Shown piece by piece: positions 25,180-37,888 of a DNA stretch of 64,000 nt. Below the pieces are notes generated by a model. That model was not told where the DNA came from. It made no database searches and worked only from the letters and a program-made list of their open reading frames with translations. Origin of the DNA: Lama guanicoe (Eukaryota). Every line of letters begins with the position of its first letter. The first letter of the stretch is position 1. The position numbers and the translations under genes were made by a program. The stretch lies in contig MU055008.1 in NCBI GenBank assembly GCA_013239625.1, forward strand, positions 5,517,401 through 5,581,400, written 5' to 3'.

Positions 25180-28100
25180 GTTGGACCAACTAGGAATTCA
25201 CTCCTGATCAACACAGGCCACTCAGACAAGCATAGGAGGAGAGAGAGCTGGAGAGTCAGGTCTCACCGCCCTGGTGGGGAGAAGAAACAGGCTGATGTGG
25301 GTTTTCTAGAGCAGACCACCTTAGGAAAGCTTCTCTTTGATGGAGAGAGAGGATGCGTGCAAGACTGTAGAGAGGAGGGTTAAGAGTCCCCACAAGGTGA
25401 CCCAGGGCCGGGCAGAAAGCACAAGGCCTGGGTGAGGGCTGAGAAGCCTTGGCTCTTGTTTAACAAAGAGCTCCTGGGCCACTCTGCACCGGGGAAGGGA
25501 GCACAGCCCCAAGCAGAGGTGACAGCGCAGCTCACAAGGCGACATGGACATAGGAACCCGGGTCCAAAGTCTGTTCCTCCTGCCAAGAAACAAGAGCTGG
25601 TTTGTGGGTGAGTGTCATTCTATTTCTCAGGCCCTCCAAGTATGAGTTAAGCTAAGCTTAGTTTTGAAAAAATGTCTGGAGGGAAAGAAATAAATGATAG
25701 GGGGAAAAATTGTCCTCAGAAAGCCTTTCATATCTGGCATTCCCTCTAAAACGTGAGGGAGACCTAGGGGAAGGGGAGGCAGAAAGTGACAAGGCAGGGC
25801 AGAGCTCAGGATGTGCTCTGAGGCCTCACATGTCACTATTTTTAGATATGACACATACCCCAAGAGTCAGAAGACTTGAGCTCTGGATGAGGAACCTACA
25901 CACTCTGGTAAGTGAATTCCTTCTTGGGGCCTCGGTCCCATCTGCAAATGAATAAAGGGGGTGTCAACTAGACAGGCCCAACTTTTTCTGCAGTTTGGCA
26001 ACTTACAGCATCATGATCACAGCTTCACTTTATCGTGCCCGGCTGTGCTGAAGTGCACTGCATGCGTTAGCTCAGCTAGTCTTCACACCAGCCCCACGAA
26101 GTGTAGTTCACTGTCTGCACTTCAGACACAAGGAAACAAGTGACATGTCCAGAGTCACACGGATGAAGGGGCGGTGGGGAGGGGGGCACAGACTGGGATT
26201 TGAACCCATCCAGTCTCTGGCTCCAGAGTCTTCTAATGCAGGCAGACAGCTCTGCACCCCAAAATCACAGGGATGCTCTTCTTTAAATGTACTTACAATT
26301 AGAATTAAGAAAAGCAGCACAAAATTTCACAGGCCTTTAGAATGGGGATAATGAGATAAACTTTAGGGACGATTTTTTTTTTAAACTTTCACTTACAAAA
26401 GCATCTAAATATAAAAAGTTCAGGCCTTATCTATTCAAGGTCATTGTGTCTTGAAAACAAGCTGACAGCTGGCACTAGATAGCCAAGTTCTCCCCGTGAC
26501 TTTTTCAAAGTCAGATAAGCTAACGACAGGAATTTACACCATAAATGTGTTTAAATGTGATGACCGTGACCTTCATACCTAAATGGACTATTTGTCTTTA
26601 AGAGCTGCAGATTCTGACCTGCACTGGAGAGATATGTTCCTAACAGGTTACTGCTGAATTTTCACTTTCAATGATCTCTACTAATCGCAGGAATTAGCCA
26701 CGTTGTAAATTAAAATGTTTAAGTTTGCGTAAATTTTATTTTTACAACTCCTGCTGTTGTTGAGTTGTATACAAATATAAGCAGACAAGTTTGGCTGTTC
26801 CCCACACGTTTTCTAAAACCAAATTATATACCAAGTGAATTAAAGTAGTAAGATATTAATTCCCAAGGTCAAGGACCACAAACAGGTCCAAAAAGCTTAT
26901 AGGAAGAAATAAACTAAAAGGAATGCCACCCACTGATAGCTCCAGGCCGTGGAGGATCCTGCTCCCGGCCGGCACACAAACTATGTTTACTAGTGGTGTC
27001 ACCTTGGACAAGTCCCTTGGCCTCTCTAAGCCTCAGCTCTCTCATCTGTAAATTCTCCTTCAGAGATTGGACTGGAAACACTAAGCACCATGCTCAGCAC
27101 ACAGACAGCACTAAACAAATATCAATCATGATTATTATAAATCTCTCTCTTTCCACAGATGGACATGTCAAACTGAAGATCATAAGCCTGCAGCATCCAA
27201 GGCAAAACGCCGCCATCACAAGACAGCAGGGCATGATATAAAGAACCAGCACTGGACAACCAGGAGAACTGGCCATCTGGACTCTATTCTTGGTGGCACC
27301 AGTGGCAGGGCATGTGACCTGGGGCAAGTTATTAGCCTCTCTAAACCAAAGTGTTACCATTTTTAAAACCAGAATCCAAAGAGCAACGCTGCAACTCTAA
27401 AATTCCTAAGTCACCATTCTCTTTGATATCATGACATCTGACTGTAAAAATATACTGGCAGCTGCCTCCACTTCACATCCAGAGTTATAAAATTCAATCT
27501 CTTTAGGACAGAAATAAATTTAAAGTCAATCTGCAAAGTAGTGTAAGGAGTGCATTGAGGGTGGGAGACCAGAGGGCAAATCAATCAAGCTCATTCCCAC
27601 CCACTGCCTCCAAATTATAACTTTTCCTCCATTTCCCTTAAATTACATGCTCCAACTTAGCCATTTTTGTAGCACCCTGCAGGACTTGAGCAAACGAGGA
27701 CAACTGAGAAAGCTAAATATATCAGCAGGCTATTTGCTCTGCTGCCATCTGTACACCTGATGCGATGTTAGAACCAGGAGGCAGCTGGTGTCTGAGGGTT
27801 GAACTGCAAAAGCCAACTATATGCCGACAATTTTAAGAGGCATAAAATCTATCAAGTGCAGGAAGTTTTAAACTTCCCCTGGAACTATCCGCAGTCTTAG
27901 CTTAAAACTCAAAATAACAATGGCTTACATAGATGTAGTTCTATTTCCTTTACTGCAAAAATATTCTGATTTTTCCTTTGCTACCTTTCTCCTAAAAAAC
28001 AGAAAAGCTATTGGCTTATTTTGATTAGGCCAATTAAAGCAACATGGACGATGTATAGTCCACAATCTACATTTCCTTCTTGGCACACCTAACAAACCCA

Positions 28101-28199
28101 AGGCTCGGTCTGTCTCTTGGTGTCTACGCTCATTCCAGCCACTAATTAGGCTGCGTCCTTAGGCTGAACTTTCAGAAGCCGTTCTCAATCCCAGTCTCT

Positions 28200-29200
28200 A
28201 CCCTTTTCACCCCAACCCTTTCCCCAGTCCTTTGAGGTAGCGGTAGGTGCAGGAGGAGGGGGTTCCAGATGAACCTTGGGTATCACTTGGCCGACCTCTG
28301 GGCCCCACGCCCGGGTCTACCGGGGTTCCCAGGGCGAGGGGCTGGGTCTCAGTTCCTCCGTAACCAGAGAGCCAGGCCAGGGTCCTCTCCAGCCCCGACA
28401 CTTGGGGAGCAACACCTGCCCCGCTCAGACCCGAGAATGAGGGCCAAGGGCGACAATCGCTTTCCCTACCATTCTGCAAATCCGGGCGTCCAGAGCTTTC
28501 GCTCGCCCCCAAATCTCTCTGGCCAGAACCGACTCGGGACCGCGCTCGCCCTGCCTGCTAGCCTAAACACGCCGCCCCCGGGCGCCTGGTCCGCAGAATC
28601 GCGGCGCCTGGACAACCGAGGCAGGTAGGGGCGCCCGGGCGTGGTGGTGGGGACGGGGGGGAGAATGGAGGTTGTCACTCTGGCGGTCCCCGGTGGAGGG
28701 CGTCCTGAAGAAAAAGAGCGAAAGCGGGGCCTGTCATACAACTTCCCAACTCCCCAGAGCCCCAAAGAGCAGCGGGGCCTCGGCTCACGATCCCGCTGAC
28801 ACGGACGCCACCCACTTACAACTCCAGGCCGCGAAGGATCCTGCTTCCGGCCGGCACACAAACCACGGCTCCCACAATGCCGCGGGGAAACTACACGTCC
28901 CGGCATGCACCGCTCCGCGCGCCGGCGCAGTGGGCCCGGGCTGTCTCGCTGCGCGCGCCGCTCCATGCGGCCGCGCTGTGGGTGGAGGAGGCCTTTGTGG
29001 CACCGTGAATGGGGTCACAGGATGGAGTTGCCCGGGCTTGGGGCGAGCTGGCTGGGAATAGGCCGGGCGCTTTCTTCTAGGCCTGGGGCACGTTCTCATT
29101 CTGACCTTACCTGAGCTGGAGGACGGCGGCCGGAGGGGCGGGCCTCCTCCGCTTCAGCTGCCTCGCGCTCCCTGGGTGCTCCTGGCTGTGTGCGACTGAG
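28200..29200 (-). promoter_or_regulatory. SMIM11: CpG-island promoter and first exon(s) of SMIM11
   Basis: High GC/CpG density. ETS motif CCGGAAG at 28844-28850, two ZNF143/STAF-type sites at 28870-28880 and 28890-28910, GC box near 29133. Candidate donors on the - strand at 28789, 28820 (gtaagt) and 29111 (CAG|gtaagg). Confidence 0.85.
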
Positions 29201-30304
29201 GCCACGTGGGTCCCCAGAAGTTTCCAAATTTAGTGTTTATCTTCTCTGCCAGAAATGCATGCATTTTCCTTTGGTATAGCGGTAGGGTGCCTGGTACAAA
29301 GTTCCCAGATTCTTTCACCCAGCACACGCTTAGTAAACTGGAGCGGAGTTTGAACACAGTCAGTCCTTGCCCCACGGGAGGGCGCAAACTGGACACCCAA
29401 ATTCAATGGTAACGAGAAGGAAGTTCACGGACTTCTTACTAGGCTCACCCTTCTCAGCATGAGTAAACTGAGGCAAGAGGAGATTAAGTGGCCGGCAGAA
29501 GAAAACGAGTTGCGAATTGGAGCGACATATTCGAGGTTTGAACCCACGCAGTCTAACTCCAAATCCCATTGTGACATCTTGGTGGTGATGAAATTCAGAA
29601 TGTTAGGGAGCGCAGAGGAAAGGACAAACAGGGATTGGTGGGCGGTGTTGTGAAGCTGGGTGGTTAGTTCTGTCAACAAGTGACGTTTCCCTGGAGAAAG
29701 TAACAAAAATAGCTTTGTTTTAAGCACTTTAAGGCTGTTGTCTAACTGAAGTCTCCTAATAAGCCTAGAAAGGACCTGAGGGGGCTGTAACCATTTCACA
29801 GATGAGGAAATGGAGGCACAAACAGGTTAATTTGTCCAGTGTTTTAAAGCCCCAAGTGCCAGAGCTGGGACCTGACTCGTAATCTGGATCTAGACTCTAG
29901 CAGGGCATACACTACCACGTGTTCCTTTTCAAATAGCTCCTGAGCTGTGCTGTAAGAAGTAAGGGGGACTCAGATCACAGAGAGCCAGTAGATCAAGCAG
30001 AAGAAACTCCAAAAGCAAATGGGGTAGAAAAGGAAACCAGCAAGTTGTTTGAGTTGGAATTTTTAGTTGCCAGGTTGAAAGTAGCAGGCTTGGGTTTGGT
30101 GGGAATTGATGCTGGAGTGACAAACTGGAGCAAGTAGCAGTAACTGCAGACCTGAAATGCTCATAAACATTGGCCATTTCTCCCATTACCCAAAAGTAAA
30201 GTGGGCTGATAATCATCTATGTTGGCTATATATACTTTAAGTGATGTTAATAAACATACTTAATTAGGAAAACCTTGATTTTTCCCCTTTAATTTGTTTT
30301 CCTA

Positions 30305-31065
30305 TGTCAAAGATAAACAAAGCCGGACACCAGCTAAAGTGTTAAGGGTAGACCTTATTTAGTAACTATCACAACAGGGAAGAGTCCAGCATGAACTGAA
30401 CTCAACTTTGATTTGTGCAGAGGTAACTGGGCATTTAAAAAAGGAGAATGAGGGAGAATGAGGGGTGCAGGCACTTGAGCCGAGTCAGGGAAGTGGAAAT
30501 TTCCAAAAAGCAGAAAGGATTGGTCAACTTGATCTGGGTTTGTTAATAGACACTTATCTGGAGGAGAAACGAACTTCTATCTTTATGACTGGAGGCAGTG
30601 GTGCAAGTTAGAACAAAGTGCCCACCAGGTGGGAGGGCTACCTCCTTGAACATTGGTATTTCAAAGAGACAAGACAGTTCTGGGTGGTAAGAGATTAACA
30701 GCTCAAAGCTGGAGAGAAAGGATTTATAATTATAAGATTTCTAAAGGAACTAACTGCTCTAGGAGAGATTCAGGGGGCTGATTGGTCTCTCATCAGATTT
30801 TGGCTGGAACAAACAGTAAATTCTCCTGGCAGCTCGTTGATTTTCCTAAGGCAGGCACTTTAAAGGGGGCTAGAGTCCTCATAGGGAAGCAGCCTAGAGC
30901 TGTTAGAAACTATGGTAGTGTTTGCTCAGCCTCTTAGTGTGGGGAGGTGGATGATACCTTTTGTGCCAAGAATCTGCTGTGTTTATAGGCCAGGGTTGAG
31001 GTCTAGTTGAGAAAAAGGCTCAGAGGAGCCCAACCAGAGTTTGATCAAAGAGATAGTCTTTGTCA
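30305..31065 (-). mobile_element. ERV1 solo LTR (MER67/MER31-like) between the KCNE2 3' end and the SMIM11 promoter
   Basis: Inverted termini tgtcaaaga...tctttgtca. The reverse strand begins tgacaaagact...tgatcaaact...ggctcctctgagcc. Confidence 0.7.
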
Positions 31066-32741
31066 GCTGGTAGAAACCTTGGATTCCTCTCTGGATCCAG
31101 ACCCAAGGCTGTGATTTTATAGCCTGGGTTGCTGCTTTGGCCGCACTGGTTGAAATGTCCTGTGTGGTACAGCATTTCTGGGGTCTGATCTCAGGAGGGA
31201 AGCCCCTCTTGCCATTTCTGCTCTTGGAATGTGAATGACTTTCCCTAACACTGTATTCACTGCTTCTGTTTGCATAATTGGATATTTGTTGTTAGGAAAC
31301 AGATACCCTATATAGACCTCACCCTAAGAGACAAAATAATCCATAAAAGGCATTGAAGAAGGGCTCCGTCACTGAGTTTTGTCTTAGTGCCCTGAGACTC
31401 GAGGTTCTGCTCATAATCACTATGTCTTGGTTGAGTAGATGGGGGTGGAGAGTGTGAGTGAGGACGCACGAAGCTTCATGAAGCTGCAGCCCATACATCT
31501 GTCTTGACATTGACTTTCTACAATCAGCTACTCTGAAAGAGTAGACCTTAACCCGAGTTAGGGCTGTCCTCTGTCCTGCTCTAGCTACGCCACTTTGTGT
31601 TGGTATCGCCATGTTATTTCCACGTCTGACTCCCTCTCTACTGAGTTCCTCAAGCTAAGGGAGTCACACTCATCTCTGTACTCCTGGGGTCTAGGTCAGC
31701 AACCCAAGTAGACAGATATTAAATGCTGTTTGATTGAATTAACGAATGATGTCACCAAACCTGTGGACTGGAGATTCCCATCTGTAAATGAAATGGTCTG
31801 ACAAGACTACAGTGATCACCCAGCTGCCTTCCAGCCCCAACATCCTGTGATATCATGACCCCCAAGGTTCAAAGTATTAAGCCGCTGCTGTCTGGCTCTT
31901 CAGCAGACATCAGCAATTCACACACTTTCATACATTAGTGCAAATAAGTCTCTTGAAACTTAAGTGAAAAGAAGTAATTGTAAATAGAGAAAATAAATTG
32001 AGTGAAAAGAGTGCGTTGTTTATAAAGCAATGTTATAACATTTTATTATTTTTTTTATAATAAGAAGTTTTAAAGGTTAGTTTTCTGTAAAAATTTTAAA
32101 TGTTAATTAAACAATGTTTCTGTCGCATCAGGTAGTTTTTAAAGATTCTACTCCTCTGATGTGGACTCTGCCCCTGTGAAATGTTTGTTCTGTCCACGGA
32201 CTTCCAAATAAGCTCAGTGGTTCTGTTCATTCATCATTTCAAACTCTGCATTCATGAATTAATAAATAAATGCTTCTCTGTCAGTCCAGTGAGCAGGTGA
32301 TAGATTTTGGGACCTCAGTGTCTGGGTAAAACACCTGAATTATTTATAAATTGAATTAGTCACATACAAAATAATATTTCATGAGAAAGAAGATGCTGTG
32401 ATTTGTTGATCTCTCCTTTCTGTCCCCACTGCCACTGCCCAGGCACTTTACTTCAAATTTGGCCTTATTTTCACTATTGACATTGATTAAAATGGCATTT
32501 GCATTGCCCAGAAAGTAAAAGAAATCTTCAGCATAAAGTATTGCTCCAATAAACAAGCATAAATCACCGAGATCGAAATGCCATCTGTCTCAGTTGACCA
32601 ACCACGTGATTGCCATGAAAGTTCTCAACAGAGAGCGAGGAACTGAGTGTCATCTCAGCATGACAACTTGGATGTGCTCCATGGCACGGACCTCTCTTCA
32701 TATTCGCATGTCAGACGATGGCTCTGTGTCTCTCGCGCTTA

Positions 32742-33113
32742 TCAAGGCGACATTATGAGTCCTGCTGCACCAGTGCTCTCGGGGATGTTGGCCTTAGATT
32801 CTTCCAGATTCAAGATCTGACTCTTGTACTTCTCCTGCCAGTCCTCCACAATGTACTGGTGGTAGGGGTCGTTGGAGTGTTCTCGTCTCTTGGATTTCAC
32901 CGTGCTCACCAGGATGGCTACGATGATGAAAGAGAACATCCCAATCATCACCATGAGGTACAAGATGACATAATAGAAGTTCTCGGCATCAACTTTGGCC
33001 TGCAGAGCCTCTTGCTCAACTGTCGTGTTTCTGCGCCAATTGTCCATGTAAGTAATAAAAACCCTCTTGAACGCATCTTCCAGTGTCTGTGTCAGATTGG
33101 AAAGAGTAGGCAT
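32742..33113 (-). CDS. KCNE2: KCNE2 (MiRP1) voltage-gated K+ channel beta subunit, 123 aa
   Basis: [13 protein letters not shown]...[46 protein letters not shown]-family TM segment and SNDPY motif, N-glycosylation sequons at N6 and N29. The canonical ATG is at 33111-33113, downstream of a splice acceptor. Confidence 0.98.
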   Translation of the reverse strand: MPTLSNLTQTLEDAFKRVFITYMDNWRRNTTVEQEALQAKVDAENFYYVILYLMVMIGMFSFIIVAILVSTVKSKRREHSNDPYHQYIVEDWQEKYKSQILNLEESKANIPESTGAAGLIMSP

Positions 33114-33324
33114 ATTTCCCTCCTGCTGCAATTTAAATAATAAAATAGATGAACAGGTTTAAGAAAACGGATTCTTTCTGCACTCAGCTACCTTAAGGAA
33201 AGGAGGGAGGGGAGTGCAAGGGGGGAAAGAAATATTATTATTATTTTTTTATCTGGCTGGTGATTGAGTAAATATTTTGTTATTCTTAAAATGTTGCATA
33301 TGCATTTTATGCAGTTTAAAAATA

Positions 33325-33478
33325 TTTATTTGTTTATTTGTTTTTTTGGGGGGAAGTAATTAGGTTTTTTAAAAATTAATTAATTAATTTTTAATGGAGG
33401 TACTGAACTGAATGGAGTATTGAACTCAGGACCTACTGCATGCTAAGCATACACGCTGCCACTGAGCTATGCCCTCCC
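33325..33478 (-). mobile_element. Vic-1-type camelid SINE (tRNA-Ala-derived)
   Basis: Reverse strand reads gggagggcatagctcagtggcagcgtgtatgcttagcatgc...cctccattaaaa plus an A-rich tail. Flanking direct repeat cattttatgca at 33303 and 33483. Confidence 0.85.
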
Positions 33479-34379
33479 ACCTCATTTTATGCATTTTTTG
33501 CATGCATGATATCTTACAATAAAAGTTTAACGGAGCACATAACACTATACATAGTATGATCCCAATTTGTATATGTAAATAAATGTATACATGCAGATGA
33601 AAAAAGACTGAAAATAAAGCGTTTACAGTGTTAATAGTGTGTGGTATATTCAAAATTTTTCTTCCTTATGTTTTTCTTATGTTCAAAATTTTCATCAGTA
33701 ATCTTCCATTCATTACTTTGTTCCTGAATAGATCAGTCACAACAGCCAGCATGATGCCTTGTTCATAACAGATAGTCAACAGACATCAGTTGAAAGATGT
33801 AATGACTGATGTACGTTCTGTGTTTTTAGAGAATTACAGGGCAGAAGATTGCAAGGGACACTGACAGACTGCAATCGGCCCCACCTCCTATGCCTAGACA
33901 GTGCCTTTTCCAAGTATCCTGAGGAGATGAGTGTGTACATCCATACTTGAAAGAAGTACTTTAGGGAAGTGATACAAAGGAACAACCTGAGAGATCATTC
34001 ATCAGCTCCCACTCGCAGTGCCATCCTCACTCTCACTGCCCGGCCACCAGCAACTGTCACCTGGGTGATACAATGCAATGCACTACAACCTTCCCCAAAA
34101 CCAGCTCCCTGGGCTGCATCTGCCCCTCTCTGCCCTGCACGGCTGTCAATTTGCTCTTTCTAAGAGGGAAATGGGAGCCTATCATTCTGGTGTTTTTTAA
34201 ACAATGCAGTCCCTTCCTGTTGTTCTCAAGAGAAAATCCTCATTCCCTAATGGGTGTACGTGGCCTGGCCCTGGCTGGCCCGCACCACCTCCCCACTCAT
34301 TCTACCCTCATGCCACCTGGTCTTCCCCCAAGGCAGTAAGCGTTCTCCTGCCTCAGGACATTTGCACATCCCAGTCCCT

Positions 34380-34870
34380 CTGCCTGGAATACTTCTGCCT
34401 GCTCTTCCCTCTGCTACCTCCTCACCCTTTTGGGCCAGCTTAACTGTCACTTCTGAGAAAACTTCCCTGGCCCTGCTCCCAGCCAGTCCCCTCAACCCAT
34501 ACCACCACTTTTCTCCAATAGCGTCTTACTACTTTTCTTCAAAGCTCTCTTTACAATATGTAGTAGTTATGTATATACACTGCTGGTGTGAGTGTTTGTG
34601 TATCTGTGTGTGTGTGTGATTATTGGCGTATCTTTCCCCATCGACCGTCATGTCTATGAGGGCAGGGCTCGTGTGACCTTTGTCTATCTTGGTACAGCCA
34701 ATACTGGCACAGAGCCTGGCCCCTAGTAGGTGCACAATGGATGTTTGGTGAATAACTGACTGTGCTGGGCACACGCTGGGCACTGGAAATGAAGCGATGA
34801 CAAGTTTGAGACTTCTGTCTGAGGAAGTTCCATGTAGTGGGAGAGACACAGACAGTGCGAGGCGCAGAGT
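34380..34870. mobile_element. L2 LINE 3' fragments (others at about 9290, 14830, 42840, 43500 and 53600)
   Basis: ctctgcctggaat...tgagggcagggc...cacagagcctggccctagtaggtgc...tgaataa. Confidence 0.6.
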
Positions 34871-35150
34871 GGGTAAGAGGTGTGAACAGAGGGATACGGA
34901 GCTCAGAGAATGGAGCTGAGCAGGACTCGTAAATGGGGCAAATTCAGGGAAACAGAACCAGGGAGATGGAGCAGGAAGTAAGCCTGCAGGGCCACCCAGT
35001 CAACAACATTGGCTTTACCTAACAGCCTTCTAAGTCAGTGCCCCCTAAAAAAAAAACCCAGGTCTTTCCTCCCGCAGAACATGCCTTCCGTTCATTTCAC
35101 TCATTGAGAATTCTTGTGCCTATAATGCAGGTTTCTCAATCTGATGTTTT

Positions 35151-35282
35151 TCTTTTTTTCTTTTTGGTAGGGAGGAGGCAATTAGGTTTATTATTTGTTT
35201 ATTTTAATGGAGGGACTGGAGATTGAACCCAGGGCCTCATGCATGCTAAGCACGTGCTCTACCCCTGAGCTATACCCTCCCC
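35151..35282 (-). mobile_element. Vic-1-type camelid SINE (tRNA-Ala-derived)
   Basis: Reverse strand reads ggggagggtatagctcaggggtagagcacgtgcttagcatgcatgaggccctgggttcaatc..., with A/B boxes and an A tail. Flanking direct repeat atctgatgtttt at 35139 and 35293. Confidence 0.9.
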
Positions 35283-37808
35283 TCCCCTTCTGATCTGATG
35301 TTTTAATTTCTATTATTTGAGAAGCCCTTGGGTCCTCCTCTCCCTCTCTCCTCCACGCAAAGCCTGGTGGGTTGAAAAGAAACAACAAACAGGTAAGATT
35401 CCCCAGGGGCACGTCATGCAGGGTTTACAAGCAATGTGACAGAGGCGTGCTTCTCCCCTTAAACAACACAGTGGACTGTGAGCGAGTGCGGCTAACCAGG
35501 CTGTCATCCTACTCAAGACTTCACCACTGGCGCCTTAATCCTTGAAGAGCCAAGGTCTCCTCTTTCGGGGGGATTTCACACTTACTTCATGAATCAGAAG
35601 GCACCCCCCACCCCGTAGCGCCAGGTCAGGGCTAGCTTGACACGTGTGACGGGGCGGGATTACTTCACCTACGAGCGTTCTCACCCTCTTGTTTCTTCCA
35701 GCCCTTCTCCACGTCTTCATCGTGTAAAAAAAAAACACTGTGATTTGCCCAGCTTATACACCCTCTGTGGCCCCTCCAGAGAGAATTCCGTTTCCTTTTG
35801 TGAAGCCAAATTGAAAAATGGGTAAAATATAGAGACAACTTAAAAAACAGAACAAAACAAACAAACAACCCTAGAAGAGCTAAGTTTACGAAATAAAGGG
35901 CTGGCGGGTGCCGAGGGGAATTTGGTATAGCGGAGGGTCCCGAGCGTGTGGGGTAGGAGGAAACTGAGAAAGGGAAGAAGAGGACCCTTCTGGGCAGAGA
36001 ATTAGATCCCCTGTAGTGGTCTTTTGGTCAAAACGGAAACTATGCTGGTTATTTTTGCACCCCGGACAGCACTTCTTTGACACATCTCAGGATCGGTAAG
36101 CACTGGGCCACATGGGGCCGGCCTGGGACCTGGGTGCCCCCAGAGAGGTGATGGATTGCAAGCTCCTAAGTGCTTTGAGCTCCTCTGCCCACTCACCTCC
36201 CATATATCTCGTTCGTGGGCTGTGCCAACTGTGCTCGGAATTGCAATGACCCCTCTGAGTGGAGGCAGTAAAGGCCCAGAGTTACACGGGAAGGCCCGTA
36301 GGATGGGCCACGCACACTGCCAACATCGCTCTGTGAACGTTTTCATCAAAGCAACGCCTTAGTTTTTCACCACCTGCGAAAACCCTGGGCCAGTGCCTGG
36401 CTGATGAGAAGTGCTCAATTGTTAGTCCCCCGTCCCTTCAGGGCTCTGAGAGAACAGGGGGGATGTAGGAGAGGTAAGTTTGATGCCATCCAGGATGCAG
36501 AGCCTCAAGGGAAGCCTCGGTCGTCCACAGCTGAAATGAGGATGGGAACCTGAAGTAAGTATTGGGGGGCGAGGAGGGAGAGGAGAGAGAGAGGAGGGAG
36601 CCCCGGTCTTCTACATGGTTTCCCTGTGTTGCTCTGCAGAAGAAGGAAATACAGCTCTACTGGAGAAGGGAGCTGGGTACCTCCAGGCCTACCCGTGAAA
36701 AAGGTAGTATGTTCTTGCAGTTTCAGAAACCCAGGTCAGTGGTCACCCCATCCACAAGTGTCTCCCTGGCCTCTCAGTCTGGGTTGGAGACCCCGCTTCT
36801 GTGCTGCTTCTGCAAACTGCCACGTTTGTTCATTTGCTTGTTTCCAGTTGCCCGTTTGCTGTGTGCTATTCATGGGATGCTCAAAACCACTCTAAAATGT
36901 GGGTTATTACCTCCATTTTACAAACGAGGGAACTGATACTTAGCGAGTGAATCATTTGATTCCAAACGACCTGAGCTCTGAGCTGCGGGAGGGCAGGGGT
37001 TGCTTCATTCACCCTCCAGCACCGTGGTTGGTGCAGAGCAGACCATGATTACACGTTTGGTGAATGAATGAACGCTCCTCTCCTGTGTTCTGCAGAATTC
37101 AACTGGAAACCACTGCAACAGTGATTCTCAACTTGTTTGCAGGGAGGGGAGGGTTCCAAGATCCCTTGAAAAATAAAATAAAACAATTTGATTTTTTTTT
37201 CCCCAGAAAAGTTTACCTATGCACATATGAAGTTCTGCATTCACTTTCAGGGGACTCCTGGGCCCCCTAAAGCCCAACCAGAAATCTCTGCCAAAAACAG
37301 CTTTAAGACAAGAGACTTCGGTGCTGGGTCCCCCTGGAGTGGGGTTTGTTTCCAGGTGTGGGCGAGGCAGCATCCATCCACCTGTTGGAGCTAACACTGC
37401 CGACTGTTTGTCCAGCTCTTCTAGTGTGGACAGAGGCGCACTGCTGAGCAGATCAGGAGGTGCTTTTTGATAAGACTTAATCACAAAGCTGGAAAGGGCC
37501 TATGGAGATTAAATGCCTAAGTGCTGACCCTTGGCCAGGATGAAAAAGTCAAGTCCCAGGAGGAGTCACTATTCGGATGCTGTTGCTTGAGACACGGGCA
37601 AAAACCAAACCCCAGTGCATGAGAGCTGTTTCACTGATGGCCATGCTGCTAAATCGCTTTCAAACAGATCTACATTTCTGATACCCCGAATAACTATTTA
37701 ACAGAGAGACACTGACCATATTTGGCATAAATGCTCACCCCTCCTCTAAGCAGAATACCTACCAGGCACTCACTTCAGTGCTGTGAAGGCAACTATTACA
37801 TAATGCTC

Positions 37809-37888
37809 TATTGAACTATATGAAGTTGCCAGTTTTAGAAGCTAAAAAGGGTCAAATTTGGCAATTTCATACATAGTTCAAACTAATA
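37809..37888. mobile_element. MADE2-like mariner-derived MITE (palindromic, about 80 bp)
   Basis: Inverted arms ttgaactatatgaagttgcca ... tggcaatttcatacatagttcaa. Confidence 0.7.

Noticed and set aside
33114-33131. ORF-track start giving 'MQQEGN' before KCNE2
   Set aside because: The 'start' is a TTG inside the intronic acceptor. QEGN can only be translated through the exon-1 ATG.
32718-33140. 140-aa + strand ORF
   Set aside because: Antisense shadow of the KCNE2 CDS; no independent gene signals or recognisable motifs.
35210-35282. tRNA-Ala(AGC) gene (also at about 33400-33478)
   Set aside because: Degenerate stems, SINE-specific 3' body, A tail and TSDs show these are SINEs.
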